From Mycobacteriales bacterium (lineage in GTDB: Bacteria; Actinomycetota; Actinomycetes; JAFAQI01), in contig DATAVK010000056.1 of the NCBI GenBank assembly GCA_036267755.1, forward strand, positions 1,989 to 65,988: a stretch of 64,000 nt of DNA, given 5' to 3'. The notes under the pieces are model-generated. The model did not search any database and was not told the DNA's origin. It saw only the letters and a program-made list of their open reading frames with translations. Within the stretch, counting starts at the first letter, position 1. Each line of letters opens with the position of its first letter. The translations under genes were made by a program, and so were the position numbers. Positions 29,568 through 40,188 of this stretch are shown here, in pieces.

Positions 29568-30136
29568 CGCTCGTCCGCGATCGGCCCTCCCCACAGCCCG
29601 GGGTCGTCGAGCCGACTCGTCTCCGCCTCCTGCCGGCTGCGCAGAACCAGCGACCTCGCCTGGGCGGCGGTCAGTCCCGTGCCGGTTGACCGCTGCCCCT
29701 CGACCAGGACCAGACGACCATCCGGCGACAGCAGCTCGTTCCAGCGATTGATAGCCGCAGCAGGATCGGGCAGCGCCCACAGCACATGTCGGCACAGGGC
29801 CACGTCGAAAGCTGATGAACTCACGGCCGGGTCCGACGCGTCACCAATGACGAACCCGACCGTCACACCGGCGAGCTGGGCCTTACGCCGGGCCGCCGCG
29901 ACCATCCGGCGAGAAGAGTCGACCCCTGTGACGGCATAACCAGCCTGCGCCAAGAGCACCGACAACGTGCCGGTCCCGCACCCGACATCCAGCAGTGAGG
30001 CAGGCGCCGGTGGCATCAGCGGGAGCAGCAGATCGCGCCAAGCGCGCCGGACGTCAGGGTCGAGCAAGCCGTGATCCGGCTGCTCGTCAAACGACTCAGC
30101 CTGCGCGTCCCAGTCGTCGGCTGCATCGCGGGTCAT
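29543..30136 (-). CDS. Class I SAM-dependent methyltransferase (start trimmed from 30586)
   Basis: Starts at internal ATG 30136 (MTRDAADDWD...). Motif I is LLDVGCGTGTLS. 197 aa. Confidence 0.85.
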   Translation of the reverse strand: MTRDAADDWDAQAESFDEQPDHGLLDPDVRRAWRDLLLPLMPPAPASLLDVGCGTGTLSVLLAQAGYAVTGVDSSRRMVAAARRKAQLAGVTVGFVIGDASDPAVSSSAFDVALCRHVLWALPDPAAAINRWNELLSPDGRLVLVEGQRSTGTGLTAAQARSLVLRSRQEAETSRLDDPGLWGGPIADERYVVVSRR

Positions 30137-30235
30137 TCGGATCACCCTGCCACGGGCAACCGACTGCTCCCACGACCGGTTGCCCGCTGCGCATCGGGGC
30201 AGGTCGTCCCCGTGCCATCTACTAGCGTCTCCGAG

Positions 30236-32347
30236 ATGACCCCCTGGCCCGGCTCGGCGTACCCGCTTGGCGCCACCTATGACGGTTCGGGGACAAACTT
30301 CGCCCTGTTCAGCGAGTGCGCCGAGCAGATCGAGCTCTGCCTGTTCGACGACGACGGCATCGAGACCCGGACCCGCCTGCGAGAGCGCGACGCGTTCGTC
30401 TGGCACGGCTATCTGCCCAACATCGGGCCTGGGCAACGCTATGGCTACCGGGTCTATGGACCCTACGAACCCTCGCACGGCTGTCGCTGCAACCCGACGA
30501 AGCTGCTCCTGGACCCCTACGCCAAGGCGATCGAGGGTGCCGTCGACTGGGACGAGTCGTGCTTCTCCTACCAGTTCGATGACCACAAGAAGATCAACGA
30601 AAGCGACTCAGCGCCGCACATGCCGAAGTCGGTTGTCGTCAGCCCGTTCTTCGACTGGGACAACGACCGCCACCCTCGCACGCCGTACAACGAGACGGTC
30701 ATCTACGAGGCCCACGTCAAGGGTCTGACCATGACCCACCCTGGGATCCCGGAGGAGATCCGGGGCACCTACGCGGCGCTCGCGCACCCCCTGATGATCG
30801 AGCACTTCCACAAGCTGGGTGTCAGCGCGATCGAGCTGATGCCGGTGCACCAGTTCATCCACGACTCGTTCCTCAGCGACCGCGGCCTGCACAACTACTG
30901 GGGCTACAACACGATCGGTTTCCTGGCACCGCACAACGACTACTCTTCGGCTGGGCAGCGCGGCCAGCAGGTCCAGGAGTTCAAGGCGATGGTGCGCACG
31001 CTGCACGAGGCCGGTCTCGAGGTCATCCTCGATGTCGTCTACAACCACACCGCAGAAGGCAACGAGCTCGGTCCGACACTGTCGTTCCGCGGCATCGACA
31101 ACGCCTCTTACTACCGGCTCGTCGACGGCGACCCCGAGCACTACTACGACACGACCGGCACCGGGAACACGCTGCTGATGCGGCACCCACACGTGCTGCA
31201 GCTGATCATGGACTCGCTGCGCTACTGGGTGCTCGACATGCACGTCGACGGGTTCCGGTTCGACCTGGCGTCGACACTCGCCCGGCAGTTCCACGAGGTC
31301 GACCGGCTCTCGGCGTTCTTCGACCTGGTCCAGCAGGATCCGGTCATCAGCCAGGTGAAGCTGATCGCGGAGCCGTGGGACGTCGGCGAGGGCGGTTACA
31401 ACGTCGGCGGCTTCCCACCGCTGTGGACCGAGTGGAACGGCAAGTACCGCGACACCGTTCGCGACTACTGGCGTGGCGAAGGTGCGTCGCTCGCGGAGTT
31501 CGCGTCACGCCTGACCGGCTCCTCGGACCTCTACGAGGACGACGGCCGACGGCCGTTCGCCTCGATCAACTTCGTGACCGCCCACGACGGGTTCACGTTG
31601 CACGACCTGGTGTCCTACAACGAGAAACACAACGAGGCCAACGGCGAGGACAACAACGACGGCGAGAGCCACAACCGGTCATGGAACTGCGGGGTCGAGG
31701 GTGAGACGGACGACCTCGAGATCATCGCGCTGCGGGAGCAACAAAAACGCAACCTGCTGACCACCCTCTTGCTCTCGCAGGGTGTCCCGATGCTGCTGCA
31801 CGGCGACGAGCTTGGCCGGACCCAGCACGGCAACAACAACGTCTACGCGCAGGACAACCCGATCTCCTGGGTCGACTGGGACCGGGCCCGTGAGTTTGAG
31901 GTGCTCACCGACTTTGTCGCCAAGCTGGTCGCGTTCCGCAAGGAACACACCGTGTTCCGGCGCCGGCGCTTCTTCAACGGTCGCCAGGTCCGCGGCTCGG
32001 ACCTGCAGGACATCGGGTGGTTCCAGCCGAGCGGCGAGCCGATGACCGACGAGGACTGGGACTCCGGCGCCGCGAAGTCGCTGACGGTCTTCCTGAACGG
32101 CGACGGCATTCGCGAGCCCGACACCCGCGGTGAGCCAGTCAGTGACGACTCGTTCTTCTTGCTTTTCAACGGCTTCTACGAGCCGCTGGAGTTCACGCTC
32201 CCCGACTTAGACGCAGCCGAGCGCTGGAAGGTCGTGATCGACACCCACGCTCCGATGGTCGACCAAGCCGAGGAACGAGCGATGAAATCGGGCGAGGCGT
32301 TCGCCGTCGAGCCCCGATCGGTCCTCGTGCTGCAGAAGCTCTACTGA
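30236..32347 (+). CDS. glgX: Glycogen debranching enzyme GlgX/TreX
   Basis: Starts at ATG 30236, giving [27 protein letters not shown]. The GH13 catalytic blocks are present ([27 protein letters not shown]). Confidence 0.95.
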   Translation: MTPWPGSAYPLGATYDGSGTNFALFSECAEQIELCLFDDDGIETRTRLRERDAFVWHGYLPNIGPGQRYGYRVYGPYEPSHGCRCNPTKLLLDPYAKAIEGAVDWDESCFSYQFDDHKKINESDSAPHMPKSVVVSPFFDWDNDRHPRTPYNETVIYEAHVKGLTMTHPGIPEEIRGTYAALAHPLMIEHFHKLGVSAIELMPVHQFIHDSFLSDRGLHNYWGYNTIGFLAPHNDYSSAGQRGQQVQEFKAMVRTLHEAGLEVILDVVYNHTAEGNELGPTLSFRGIDNASYYRLVDGDPEHYYDTTGTGNTLLMRHPHVLQLIMDSLRYWVLDMHVDGFRFDLASTLARQFHEVDRLSAFFDLVQQDPVISQVKLIAEPWDVGEGGYNVGGFPPLWTEWNGKYRDTVRDYWRGEGASLAEFASRLTGSSDLYEDDGRRPFASINFVTAHDGFTLHDLVSYNEKHNEANGEDNNDGESHNRSWNCGVEGETDDLEIIALREQQKRNLLTTLLLSQGVPMLLHGDELGRTQHGNNNVYAQDNPISWVDWDRAREFEVLTDFVAKLVAFRKEHTVFRRRRFFNGRQVRGSDLQDIGWFQPSGEPMTDEDWDSGAAKSLTVFLNGDGIREPDTRGEPVSDDSFFLLFNGFYEPLEFTLPDLDAAERWKVVIDTHAPMVDQAEERAMKSGEAFAVEPRSVLVLQKLY

Positions 32348-32349
32348 CG

Positions 32350-34623
32350 GTGAGAGTTCCGACCACGACCTACCGGCTGCAGCTGCGGGCCGACTTCGAC
32401 TTCCGGGACGCCGCTGCTGTTGTGCCCTACCTGAGCGACCTCGGGGTGAGCCACGTCTACTGCTCCCCCGTGCTGCAGGCGGCACCCGGCTCCGCCCACG
32501 GGTACGACGTCGTCGACCACTCGCGGTTGTCGGAGGATCTCGGCGGCGACGCGGGATGGGCCGAGCTCGTCGCCGCGTGCGAGCAATACGGACTCGGGCT
32601 CGTCATCGACGTCGTCCCGAATCACATGGCGTGGCCGACACCCGAGCGGCTCAACCCGGTGCTGTGGGACGTGCTGCGCCACGGCCGGGCATCGCCGTAC
32701 GCCGATTGGCTCGACGTCGACTGGGAGGCGCAAGGCGGCAAGATCCTGTTGCCGGTGCTGGGGAAACCGCTCCGTGACGCGGTGGCAGACGGCGAGGTGG
32801 TCGTCGACCGCGTCGCCGAGCTGGTCCGCTACTACGACCACGAGTTCCCGATGGCGCAGGGCACGCTGACCCTCGACGAGCAGCACTACCGGCTGGCTCA
32901 CTGGCGGACCGGCAACGACGAGCTGAACTACCGCCGGTTCTTCGACGTCACGACTCTGATGGGCGTCCGGGTCGAGCTGCCCGAGGTGTTCGAGGCGACC
33001 CACCGCAGCCTGCTGGATCTCCCCGGCCCGGTCGACGGCTGGCGGATCGACCACCCCGACGGCCTCGCGAACCCCGGTGGCTACCTCGACGACCTGGCCG
33101 CGGCCAGCCGCGACAAGTGGGTTGTGGTGGAGAAGATCCTCGGCGGCCAGGAATCGCTGCCCCGGTCGTGGAAGTGCGCCGGCACCACCGGGTACGACGC
33201 GCTGAACATGGTCACCGCCGTCTTGATCGACGCTCCCGAGGGCGGCCCCGACGACGACGGTGGTGACGCACCACCATTCACCACGATCCCGGCTGCGAAA
33301 CGGCTGGTCGTGCAGACGCTGCTCGGAAGTGAGGTTGACCGCGTCGTGCGGGAGCTGCTGGCCGATCCCGACGCGGCCGGCGCCGACCTCAACGCGAGGA
33401 GTCTGCGTGAGGCCGTCGAGCTGTTCCTGGCCGAGATGCCGGTCTACCGGGCGTACCCCGAGGAGCCGGACGCCGCCCGCGCCGTCATCGAGCGAGCCCG
33501 CGAGCAGGCGCACTGGCTGACCAGGGGGCGAAGCGAGCTCCGTCGCGGCCGGGAGGTCGATTGGGTAGCCGCTCACGCGTTGGGGTCGGTGCGGCTGATG
33601 CAGACGGCCGGCCCGGTCATGGCGAAGGGCGTCGAGGACACGGCCTTCTACCGCGACGCGGAGATGCTGGCGCTCAAGGAGGTCGGCAGCGACCTCTACC
33701 GCATCTGGGAAGGCCTCGAGCCGGCGCCCTGGCACCGGTTCTGTGAACAGCTGGCGAGCGACTGGCCAGCGACGATGACAACGCTGTCGACCCACGACAC
33801 CAAACGATCCGAGGACGTCCGCGCCAGGCTCGTCACGCTGCTTGAGTTACCGGAGGAGTGGCAGACCGCTGTGGCGGAATGGCAACGGGCCATCGGGCTG
33901 ATGAGCTCGCGTCCGCGGATCCGGTCGTTCATCTGGCAGAACCTGGTCGCCGCCTGGCCGATTTCGGAAGAACGACTTCAGGCCTACCTGGTGAAGGCCA
34001 ACCGGGAAGCGAAGCTGGCGACCACATGGACGGAACCAAACGCCAGCTTCGAGGAATCCGTCCACCGCTACATCGAGCGCATCTACGCGAACGACGCCCT
34101 CATGAACGACATCAACAGGTTCGTGGCTGAGAACGTCCGCGCGCCCGGACTGTCCAACTCGTTGTCGCAGAAGCTGTTGCAGTTGACGATGCCCGGCGTC
34201 GCCGACATCTACCAGGGCTGCGAGCTCGAGAGCTACGCGCTGGTCGACCCCGACAACCGCCGGCCGGTGGACTACGACGAGCGCCGGCGCAAGCTGGCCA
34301 GCCTCGATGACCCGAAGCTGCTCGTCACCGCGACGGCCGCGAGGCTCCGCCGCGACCGGCCGGAGCTGGTCGGCGCGCCGTACACCCCGATCGAGGTGAC
34401 CGGTGATGCGCACGAGCACGCGATCGCCTTCCGACGCGGTGAGGACATCGCCACCGTCGTCACCCGGCTCCCGGTCCGGCTGGCTCGGCGAGGCGGCTGG
34501 GGCGACACCCGTGTCGCGCTGCCCGGCGACGGCTGGCACGATCTGCTCACCGACCGCGACGTCATCGACGTGAGCCTTGCCACACTGCTCGACCGGCTGC
34601 CGGTCGCCTTGCTGGTGCGATGA
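32350..34623 (+). CDS. treY: Malto-oligosyltrehalose synthase
   Basis: 757 aa. The N-terminus is TYRLQLRADFDF..A...PYL..LGVSH.Y.SP and the protein is GH13-like. It lies between glgX and treZ. Confidence 0.93.
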   Translation: MRVPTTTYRLQLRADFDFRDAAAVVPYLSDLGVSHVYCSPVLQAAPGSAHGYDVVDHSRLSEDLGGDAGWAELVAACEQYGLGLVIDVVPNHMAWPTPERLNPVLWDVLRHGRASPYADWLDVDWEAQGGKILLPVLGKPLRDAVADGEVVVDRVAELVRYYDHEFPMAQGTLTLDEQHYRLAHWRTGNDELNYRRFFDVTTLMGVRVELPEVFEATHRSLLDLPGPVDGWRIDHPDGLANPGGYLDDLAAASRDKWVVVEKILGGQESLPRSWKCAGTTGYDALNMVTAVLIDAPEGGPDDDGGDAPPFTTIPAAKRLVVQTLLGSEVDRVVRELLADPDAAGADLNARSLREAVELFLAEMPVYRAYPEEPDAARAVIERAREQAHWLTRGRSELRRGREVDWVAAHALGSVRLMQTAGPVMAKGVEDTAFYRDAEMLALKEVGSDLYRIWEGLEPAPWHRFCEQLASDWPATMTTLSTHDTKRSEDVRARLVTLLELPEEWQTAVAEWQRAIGLMSSRPRIRSFIWQNLVAAWPISEERLQAYLVKANREAKLATTWTEPNASFEESVHRYIERIYANDALMNDINRFVAENVRAPGLSNSLSQKLLQLTMPGVADIYQGCELESYALVDPDNRRPVDYDERRRKLASLDDPKLLVTATAARLRRDRPELVGAPYTPIEVTGDAHEHAIAFRRGEDIATVVTRLPVRLARRGGWGDTRVALPGDGWHDLLTDRDVIDVSLATLLDRLPVALLVR

Positions 34624-34639
34624 CGGGTAGGCAGAGCAC

Positions 34640-36385
34640 GTGACGACCTTCCGGGTGTGGGCACCCGAGGCCACCCAGGTGGCGCTCTACGACGGCGAGA
34701 ACGACCGCGACCTGACGGAGCGCCATGGCGGCTGGTGGCAGCTCGCCGCCTCCGACCTCAAGCACGGCGCCGACTACGCCTTCCGCGTCGACGGGGGTGA
34801 GCCCCGACCGGATCCCCGGTCGCTGTGGCAGCCTAACGGCGTCCACGCCGCCTCACGCGTCTACGACCACGAGCGCTACGAGTGGCACGACGGCAGCTGG
34901 CGCGGAGTGCCGCTCGCCGGCAGCGTCCTCTACGAGCTGCACGTCGGCACCTTCACTGAGGAAGGCACCCTGTCGGCTGCCCTGACCCGGCTCGACCATC
35001 TCGTCGAGCTCGGCGTGGACGCGGTCGAGTTGCTGCCGCTCGCGGCGTTCGACGGGCCGCGGGGCTGGGGGTACGACGGGGTCGCGCTCTACGCCGTGCA
35101 CGAGCCCTATGGCGGCCCGGACGCACTCAAGGGTTTCGTCGACGCCTGCCACGACCGCGGCATCGGGGTCGTTCTCGATGTCGTCTACAACCACCTGGGG
35201 CCGAGCGGGAACTACCTGGCGGAGTTCGGCCCGTACTTCACCGACCGGCACACCACGCCGTGGGGATCGGCGGTCAATCTCGACGCTCCGGGGTCGGATG
35301 AGGTCCGGGCATGGATCATCGACAACGCGATCGGCTGGCTGCGGGATTTCCACCTCGACGGCCTGCGGCTCGACGCGGTCCACGCCCTGGTCGACACCCG
35401 CGCGTTCCCGCTGCTCGAGGAGCTGGCTGAACGGGTCCACGAGCTCGCCGCGCAGGTCGGCAAGCCGCTGTTCCTGGTGGCGGAGAGCGACCTCAACGAT
35501 CCGCGGACGGTGGCCGCGCCACCGGCCGGTCTCGGGCTGGACGCGCAGTGGAGCGACGACGTCCACCACGCCCTGCACGCGACGCTGACCGGCGAACGGC
35601 AGGGCTACTACGAGGACTTCGGGTCGCTGGCCACGTTGTCGACGGCGCTGTCCTCGGCGTTCGTCCACGCCGGCACCTGGTCGAGCTTTCGTGGCCGGAC
35701 CCACGGTCGTGCCGTCGACCGGCGCAGCACGCCGGGCTCGCGCTTCGTCGCCTACCTGCAGGATCACGACCAGATCGGGAACCGCGCCACGGGTGACCGG
35801 CTGTCGGCGATTCTCACGCCGGGCCTGTTGAAGGTCGGGGCCGCGCTGCTGTTGTGTGCGCCGTACACCCCGATGCTGTTCATGGGCGAGGAGTGGGCGG
35901 CCTCCACGCCGTGGCAGTACTTCACGTCGTTCCCGGACCCGAAGCTCGCGGCCGCGGTGCGGGAGGGTCGGCAGGCGGAGTTCGCCGCGCACGGCTGGGC
36001 CGCCGATGACATCCCAGATCCGCAGGACCCGCAGACCTTCGAGCGCTCGAAGCTCGACTGGGACGAGCTCGACGAGGACCCCCACGCCGGGCTGCTGGAC
36101 TGGTACCACAAGCTGATCGCGCTGCGCCGAGAGCGGCCCGAGCTCACCCAGGACCGGCTCGACGAGGTGCGCTGCGGCTTCGACGAGGACGCCCGCTGGT
36201 TCGTGCTGTACCGGGGCCGGCTCGCCGTGGTGTGCAACCTGTCGGGTCAACGCCTCGAGGTGCCGGTCGAAGGCACCCCGACCTCGGTGATCCTGGCGTC
36301 CGAGACCGGGTTCGTGTACCGCGACCGAGTCGTCGAGCTCGATCCCGAGTCGACGGTGATCGTCGAGCTCGCCACCGGCGACTGA
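34640..36385 (+). CDS. treZ: Malto-oligosyltrehalose trehalohydrolase
   Basis: 581 aa with GH13 blocks (DVVYNHLGP, DGLRLDAVH, AESDLND, YLQDHDQIGNR). Confidence 0.95.
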   Translation: MTTFRVWAPEATQVALYDGENDRDLTERHGGWWQLAASDLKHGADYAFRVDGGEPRPDPRSLWQPNGVHAASRVYDHERYEWHDGSWRGVPLAGSVLYELHVGTFTEEGTLSAALTRLDHLVELGVDAVELLPLAAFDGPRGWGYDGVALYAVHEPYGGPDALKGFVDACHDRGIGVVLDVVYNHLGPSGNYLAEFGPYFTDRHTTPWGSAVNLDAPGSDEVRAWIIDNAIGWLRDFHLDGLRLDAVHALVDTRAFPLLEELAERVHELAAQVGKPLFLVAESDLNDPRTVAAPPAGLGLDAQWSDDVHHALHATLTGERQGYYEDFGSLATLSTALSSAFVHAGTWSSFRGRTHGRAVDRRSTPGSRFVAYLQDHDQIGNRATGDRLSAILTPGLLKVGAALLLCAPYTPMLFMGEEWAASTPWQYFTSFPDPKLAAAVREGRQAEFAAHGWAADDIPDPQDPQTFERSKLDWDELDEDPHAGLLDWYHKLIALRRERPELTQDRLDEVRCGFDEDARWFVLYRGRLAVVCNLSGQRLEVPVEGTPTSVILASETGFVYRDRVVELDPESTVIVELATGD

Positions 36386-36430
36386 GCCCACAGGCCGGCG
36401 TCACGTCGGCGCCGTCCACAGCTTGCGCTC

Positions 36431-37723
36431 GTGACGACTTCACCGCCACGCCAGGCGCCAGGCTCGCCCGGTCAGCTCCCACCGACCGGAGGTCCGCCCG
36501 TGCACCACCGCATCCGACCCCTGCTTGGCTGCGCCGTGATCCTCGCCGCGCTCGCCACTGGCCAGCTCGACCCGATGGCCGCCCACGGCCACCCCGGGAC
36601 CGCCACATCGGGGGCGGTGGACAAGGCCGCCGCGAAGAAGACCAAGGACGTCACTGTGTGCAAGCGAGCCCACGGTGCCCGCAACCACTGCTTCGCGATC
36701 CGGGTGGACCACACCGTTAAGGGTCGGGTGCGGCACGAGACGTCGCCGGTCGGCTACGGTCCCCCGGCCATCCAGCAGGCCTACGAGCTTCCTTCAGCCA
36801 GCCGAGGCAGCGGCGAGACGGTGGCGATCGTGGACGCCTACGACGATCCGAACGCCGCCCACGACCTGGCTGTCTACCGCTCCCAGTACGGCCTGACGAC
36901 CTGCACCACGTCCAACGGCTGCTTCCGTAAGGTCGGCCAGGCTGGCGGCACCAGCTATCCGGCGGCCGACGGCGGCTGGGCGCAGGAGATCTCGCTGGAC
37001 CTGGACATGGTCAGCGCGACCTGCCCGCGGTGCCACGTGCTGCTGGTCGAAGCCGACTCGGCGTCGATGGCCAACCTCGGCGCCGCCGAGGACACCGCGG
37101 TGAAGCTCGGAGCTGACGTCGTGAGCAACTCCTTCGGCGGCCCCGACGCCGGCGACTCCAGCTACGGCCGCTACTTCCACCACTCCGGTGTCGCGATCAC
37201 GGCATCAGCCGGGGACGCCGGATACGGCGCGTCGTACCCCGCCTCCTCGAAATGGGTCACCGCGGTCGGTGGTACGTCGTTGAAGCGCTCCAGCGCGGCC
37301 CGCGGGTTCACCGAGACAGCGTGGAGCGACGGCGGCAGCGGCTGCTCGACCGAGAACACAGCGTCGTGGCAGAAGCGGACGCTGACCGGCTGCTCCGGTC
37401 GCGCCGAGGCCGACGTGGCAGCCGTCGCCGATCCCGCGACGGGAGTGGCTGTCTACGACAGCGACAGCTACCAGGGCACCAGCGGCTGGCTCACCTTCGG
37501 CGGCACCAGCGCCTCGTCCCCGATCATCGCGGCGGTCTACGCCCTCGCCGGCAACACCGGATCTGTCACCGACGCCGCCGGACTGTGGTCCCACCACGCC
37601 GCGCTGCACGACGTGACCCGCGGGAGCAACGGGTCGTGCCCGACCACCCGCTGGTGCGTTGCGCGCAGCGGCTGGGACGGACCGACCGGCTGGGGCACCC
37701 CCGACGGCACGGCGGCGTTCTGA
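36431..37723 (+). CDS. Secreted S53 (sedolisin-type) serine-carboxyl peptidase
   Basis: 430 aa with an N-terminal hydrophobic signal. The sedolisin-like residues are present (EISLDLDMVSATCP, VVSNSFG, catalytic GGTSASSPIIAA). The exact start is uncertain. Confidence 0.7.
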   Translation: MTTSPPRQAPGSPGQLPPTGGPPVHHRIRPLLGCAVILAALATGQLDPMAAHGHPGTATSGAVDKAAAKKTKDVTVCKRAHGARNHCFAIRVDHTVKGRVRHETSPVGYGPPAIQQAYELPSASRGSGETVAIVDAYDDPNAAHDLAVYRSQYGLTTCTTSNGCFRKVGQAGGTSYPAADGGWAQEISLDLDMVSATCPRCHVLLVEADSASMANLGAAEDTAVKLGADVVSNSFGGPDAGDSSYGRYFHHSGVAITASAGDAGYGASYPASSKWVTAVGGTSLKRSSAARGFTETAWSDGGSGCSTENTASWQKRTLTGCSGRAEADVAAVADPATGVAVYDSDSYQGTSGWLTFGGTSASSPIIAAVYALAGNTGSVTDAAGLWSHHAALHDVTRGSNGSCPTTRWCVARSGWDGPTGWGTPDGTAAF

Positions 37724-37738
37724 CCGGCCGCATGGGGC

Positions 37739-37972
37739 TCAGCCGGCGGGTCGGGCCTCCTGGCCCCTCAGCCACCGCTCGATGCCGGCCCGGTCCAACG
37801 TGAGATAGAACGCCAGCTCGTGAGCACGATGCCGACGGGACCACGGCAGCCTGGCCTCATCGACGTACGCCAACAGCCGGCGCTGCTCGGCGCGTCCCAG
37901 CCGGTCCCACTTCCCCCACGCCCCTCGATGGTGGGAGATCACGTCACTCAACAGTGCCTCAGTACCCGACAT
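37739..37972 (-). CDS. Hypothetical small protein
   Basis: 77-aa ORF with coding-like codon bias. It weakly resembles YdeI C-terminal helices (RRLLAYVDEARLPWSRRHR). Confidence 0.4.
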   Translation of the reverse strand: MSGTEALLSDVISHHRGAWGKWDRLGRAEQRRLLAYVDEARLPWSRRHRAHELAFYLTLDRAGIERWLRGQEARPAG

Positions 37973-38101
37973 GGCGGCCCCCCAGCCGATCGACTCAACC
38001 AGGGTCGATTCGATCAGCCAGGCGACCGTTCGACAAGACCGTCGACATCACAACTACGGGTGAATCTGATGACCGAACCGCCGCGCAATGGACAAACCCC
38101 C

Positions 38102-39190
38102 TCAGCGCAAGCCCGGCACGATGTCGCCGAGCTCGAAGGTGACCGGCCGTTCCAGCTGCTCGTAGGTGCAGGACCGCGGCGCCCGGTCCGGGCGCCAGCG
38201 GGAGAACTGCGCGGTGTGCCGGAACCGCGCCCCTTCCATATGGTCGTAACGGACCTCGACGACCAGCTCCGGCCGCAACGGCACGAACGACAGGTCCTTG
38301 CCGGCGTTCCAGCGCGACGTCTCACCCGACCGCGGGTTGCGCGCGGTGTCGCTGGGCGCCGCCCAGTTCCACGGATGCTCCTCGAACGTCGTGACCAGCG
38401 GCTGCAACTCGGCGAACAGCTCACGCCGACGGGCCATCGGGAACGCACCGATCACGCCGACGGACGCGAGCGATCCGTCCTCGGTATAGAGCCCGAGGAG
38501 CAAGGACCCCACCGCGTCCGGGCCGGACTTGTGCACCCGGTAGCCCGCGACAACACAGTCCGCGGTGCGCTCGTGCTTGATCTTGAACATCACTCGCTTG
38601 TCCGGCTGGTAGGTCCCGTCCAGAGGTTTGGCGACGACCCCATCGAGCCCGGCCCCCTCGAACTCCGCGAACCACCGCAGTGCGGTGTCCCGATCCGTGG
38701 TCGCCGGCGTGATGTGAACCGGCGGGTGCGACGACGCCAGCGCCTGCTCGAGCCGAGCCCGGCGGTCCTCGAACCGCTCACCCGTGAGGTTCTCGTCACC
38801 GATCGCGAGCAGGTCGAAGGCGATGAACGCCGCCGGGGTCTGCTGGGCAAGCAGGTTCACCCGGGACACGGCGGGGTGGATCCGCTGCTGCAGCGCCTCG
38901 AAGTCCAGCCCGGCGTCCGTGGCGATGACGATCTCCCCGTCCACCACGCAGCGTTCGGGGAGCTCGGCGTGGAACGCCTCGACCAGCTCGGGGAAGTAGC
39001 GCGTCATCGGCTTCTCGTTGCGGCTGCCGATCTCGACCTCGTCGCCGTCCCGGAAGATCACCGACCGGAAGCCGTCCCACTTCGGCTCGTAGGACCCGGT
39101 CGGCGGGATCTCCGGCACCGACTTCGCCAGCATCGGAGCGACGGGAGGCATCACGGGAAGCTTCATGTCGGTCATTCTGGCCGAAGCCAC
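38102..39190 (-). CDS. ligC: ATP-dependent DNA ligase, LigC type (ligase-only)
   Basis: 362 aa. Motif I is EPKWDGFR (adenylated Lys), motif III is FIAFDLL, motif IV is LDGVVAK, and motif V is MFKIKHERTAD. An OB domain follows. Confidence 0.92.
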   Translation of the reverse strand: MASARMTDMKLPVMPPVAPMLAKSVPEIPPTGSYEPKWDGFRSVIFRDGDEVEIGSRNEKPMTRYFPELVEAFHAELPERCVVDGEIVIATDAGLDFEALQQRIHPAVSRVNLLAQQTPAAFIAFDLLAIGDENLTGERFEDRRARLEQALASSHPPVHITPATTDRDTALRWFAEFEGAGLDGVVAKPLDGTYQPDKRVMFKIKHERTADCVVAGYRVHKSGPDAVGSLLLGLYTEDGSLASVGVIGAFPMARRRELFAELQPLVTTFEEHPWNWAAPSDTARNPRSGETSRWNAGKDLSFVPLRPELVVEVRYDHMEGARFRHTAQFSRWRPDRAPRSCTYEQLERPVTFELGDIVPGLR

Positions 39191-39346
39191 ATCGCCGAAC
39201 CCGGCCAGGTTTCAGGCGGTCTTCAGGTTGAAGAGTTTTTCTGAGGTCTGCAGGGCGCGCTCGCCGGAGTAGCTACCGATCCGGCTCGTCCCACCTCACC
39301 CCCCGGGGGCGGGACCCGGCGAGCGTGTCCTTGCCCGTGGCAGACC

Positions 39347-39691
39347 TCAGTCGGCCGCGCCGCCGAGGTTGAGGACGCGGACGATGAGGCGCCCCACCAG
39401 CAGGTACACGATGGCGGCGATCCCGTAGTTGACCAGGACTCGCAGCCGGGGTGACTTCGGCGTGAACAGGTCCTTGAATACCCAGGCGAGCGGTCGGGCG
39501 ATGTCCTTCACATCCCGCACGATCACGTTGTGCGGGTTGGCCTTGAAAACGACCAGCACGATGTACAGCACCAGGATCGCGGCCGCCACGACGCTGGCCA
39601 GCCCGACCAGGGTCGCGAGCAGACCGAGCAGCTTGGCCGGCGCTCGACGCAACGACATCGACGACATTTGGATCACCTTAGAGGTCGTCAC
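39347..39691 (-). CDS. Hypothetical two-TM membrane protein
   Basis: 114 aa with two strong hydrophobic helices (LLGLLATLVGLASVVAAAILVLYIVLVVF and NYGIAAIVYLLVGRLIV). It lies 9 nt downstream of the preceding ORF. Confidence 0.55.
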   Translation of the reverse strand: MTTSKVIQMSSMSLRRAPAKLLGLLATLVGLASVVAAAILVLYIVLVVFKANPHNVIVRDVKDIARPLAWVFKDLFTPKSPRLRVLVNYGIAAIVYLLVGRLIVRVLNLGGAAD

Positions 39692-39700
39692 TCTCCGTGA

Positions 39701-39964
39701 TCAGGCGAGCCAGCGCCCGAGCAGCGCGAGCGCGTCCGGCGGGCTCATCCCGGCGCCTTCGGCGTACCCAGTGAGCAGTACGCCGGTGAGTTGCACCAGA
39801 CCATCGAGGGCGACCCGGTCGCCCGGGCCGCCCGCCGCGGAGAGCGCGTCGAGACGCTCCTCGAGCAACGAAAAGTCCTGGTCGTCAGCGGCGTACCATG
39901 CGGTGAGCAGCTCCAGCGCGAGTCGCATCGACGGTTTCGCCTCGTCAGGGATCGCACTCGCCAT
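39701..39964 (-). CDS. Hypothetical small helical protein (start trimmed from 40165)
   Basis: 87 aa from ATG 39964 (MASAIPDEAKPSMRLALELLTAWYAADDQDF...). Codon bias is good. No motif is recognised. Confidence 0.45.
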   Translation of the reverse strand: MASAIPDEAKPSMRLALELLTAWYAADDQDFSLLEERLDALSAAGGPGDRVALDGLVQLTGVLLTGYAEGAGMSPPDALALLGRWLA

Positions 39965-40188
39965 GCACCCGTTATACGGGCCCGCGAAATGCCGGCCGTG
40001 ACGAGGTCGCGGTGAGGTCCCTACGGAGCTGGTGTTCACGAATGGCTCAACGAAGTTCACCCGTGCGTTCATCGCGCGGGACATCAAGGTCGCCAGATTG
40101 GGTACCGACAAGGAAGGAAAGCAATCCACCGCCGACCAGGAGGCATCGCGTGACGTTAGCCGCACCCGTGCTCGTCGCGGCTCCGTCG

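Noticed and set aside
39191-39346. A 156-bp gap upstream of ligC containing an A/T-rich patch (gaagagtttttctgagg) and a short minus-strand reading ending ...SGERALQTSEKLFNLKTA*.
   Set aside because: The reading has no start codon after the preceding in-frame TGA (about 27 codons), and I recognise no RNA family. It is most simply the ligC promoter/leader region, or the 3' UTR of the 39347 gene.
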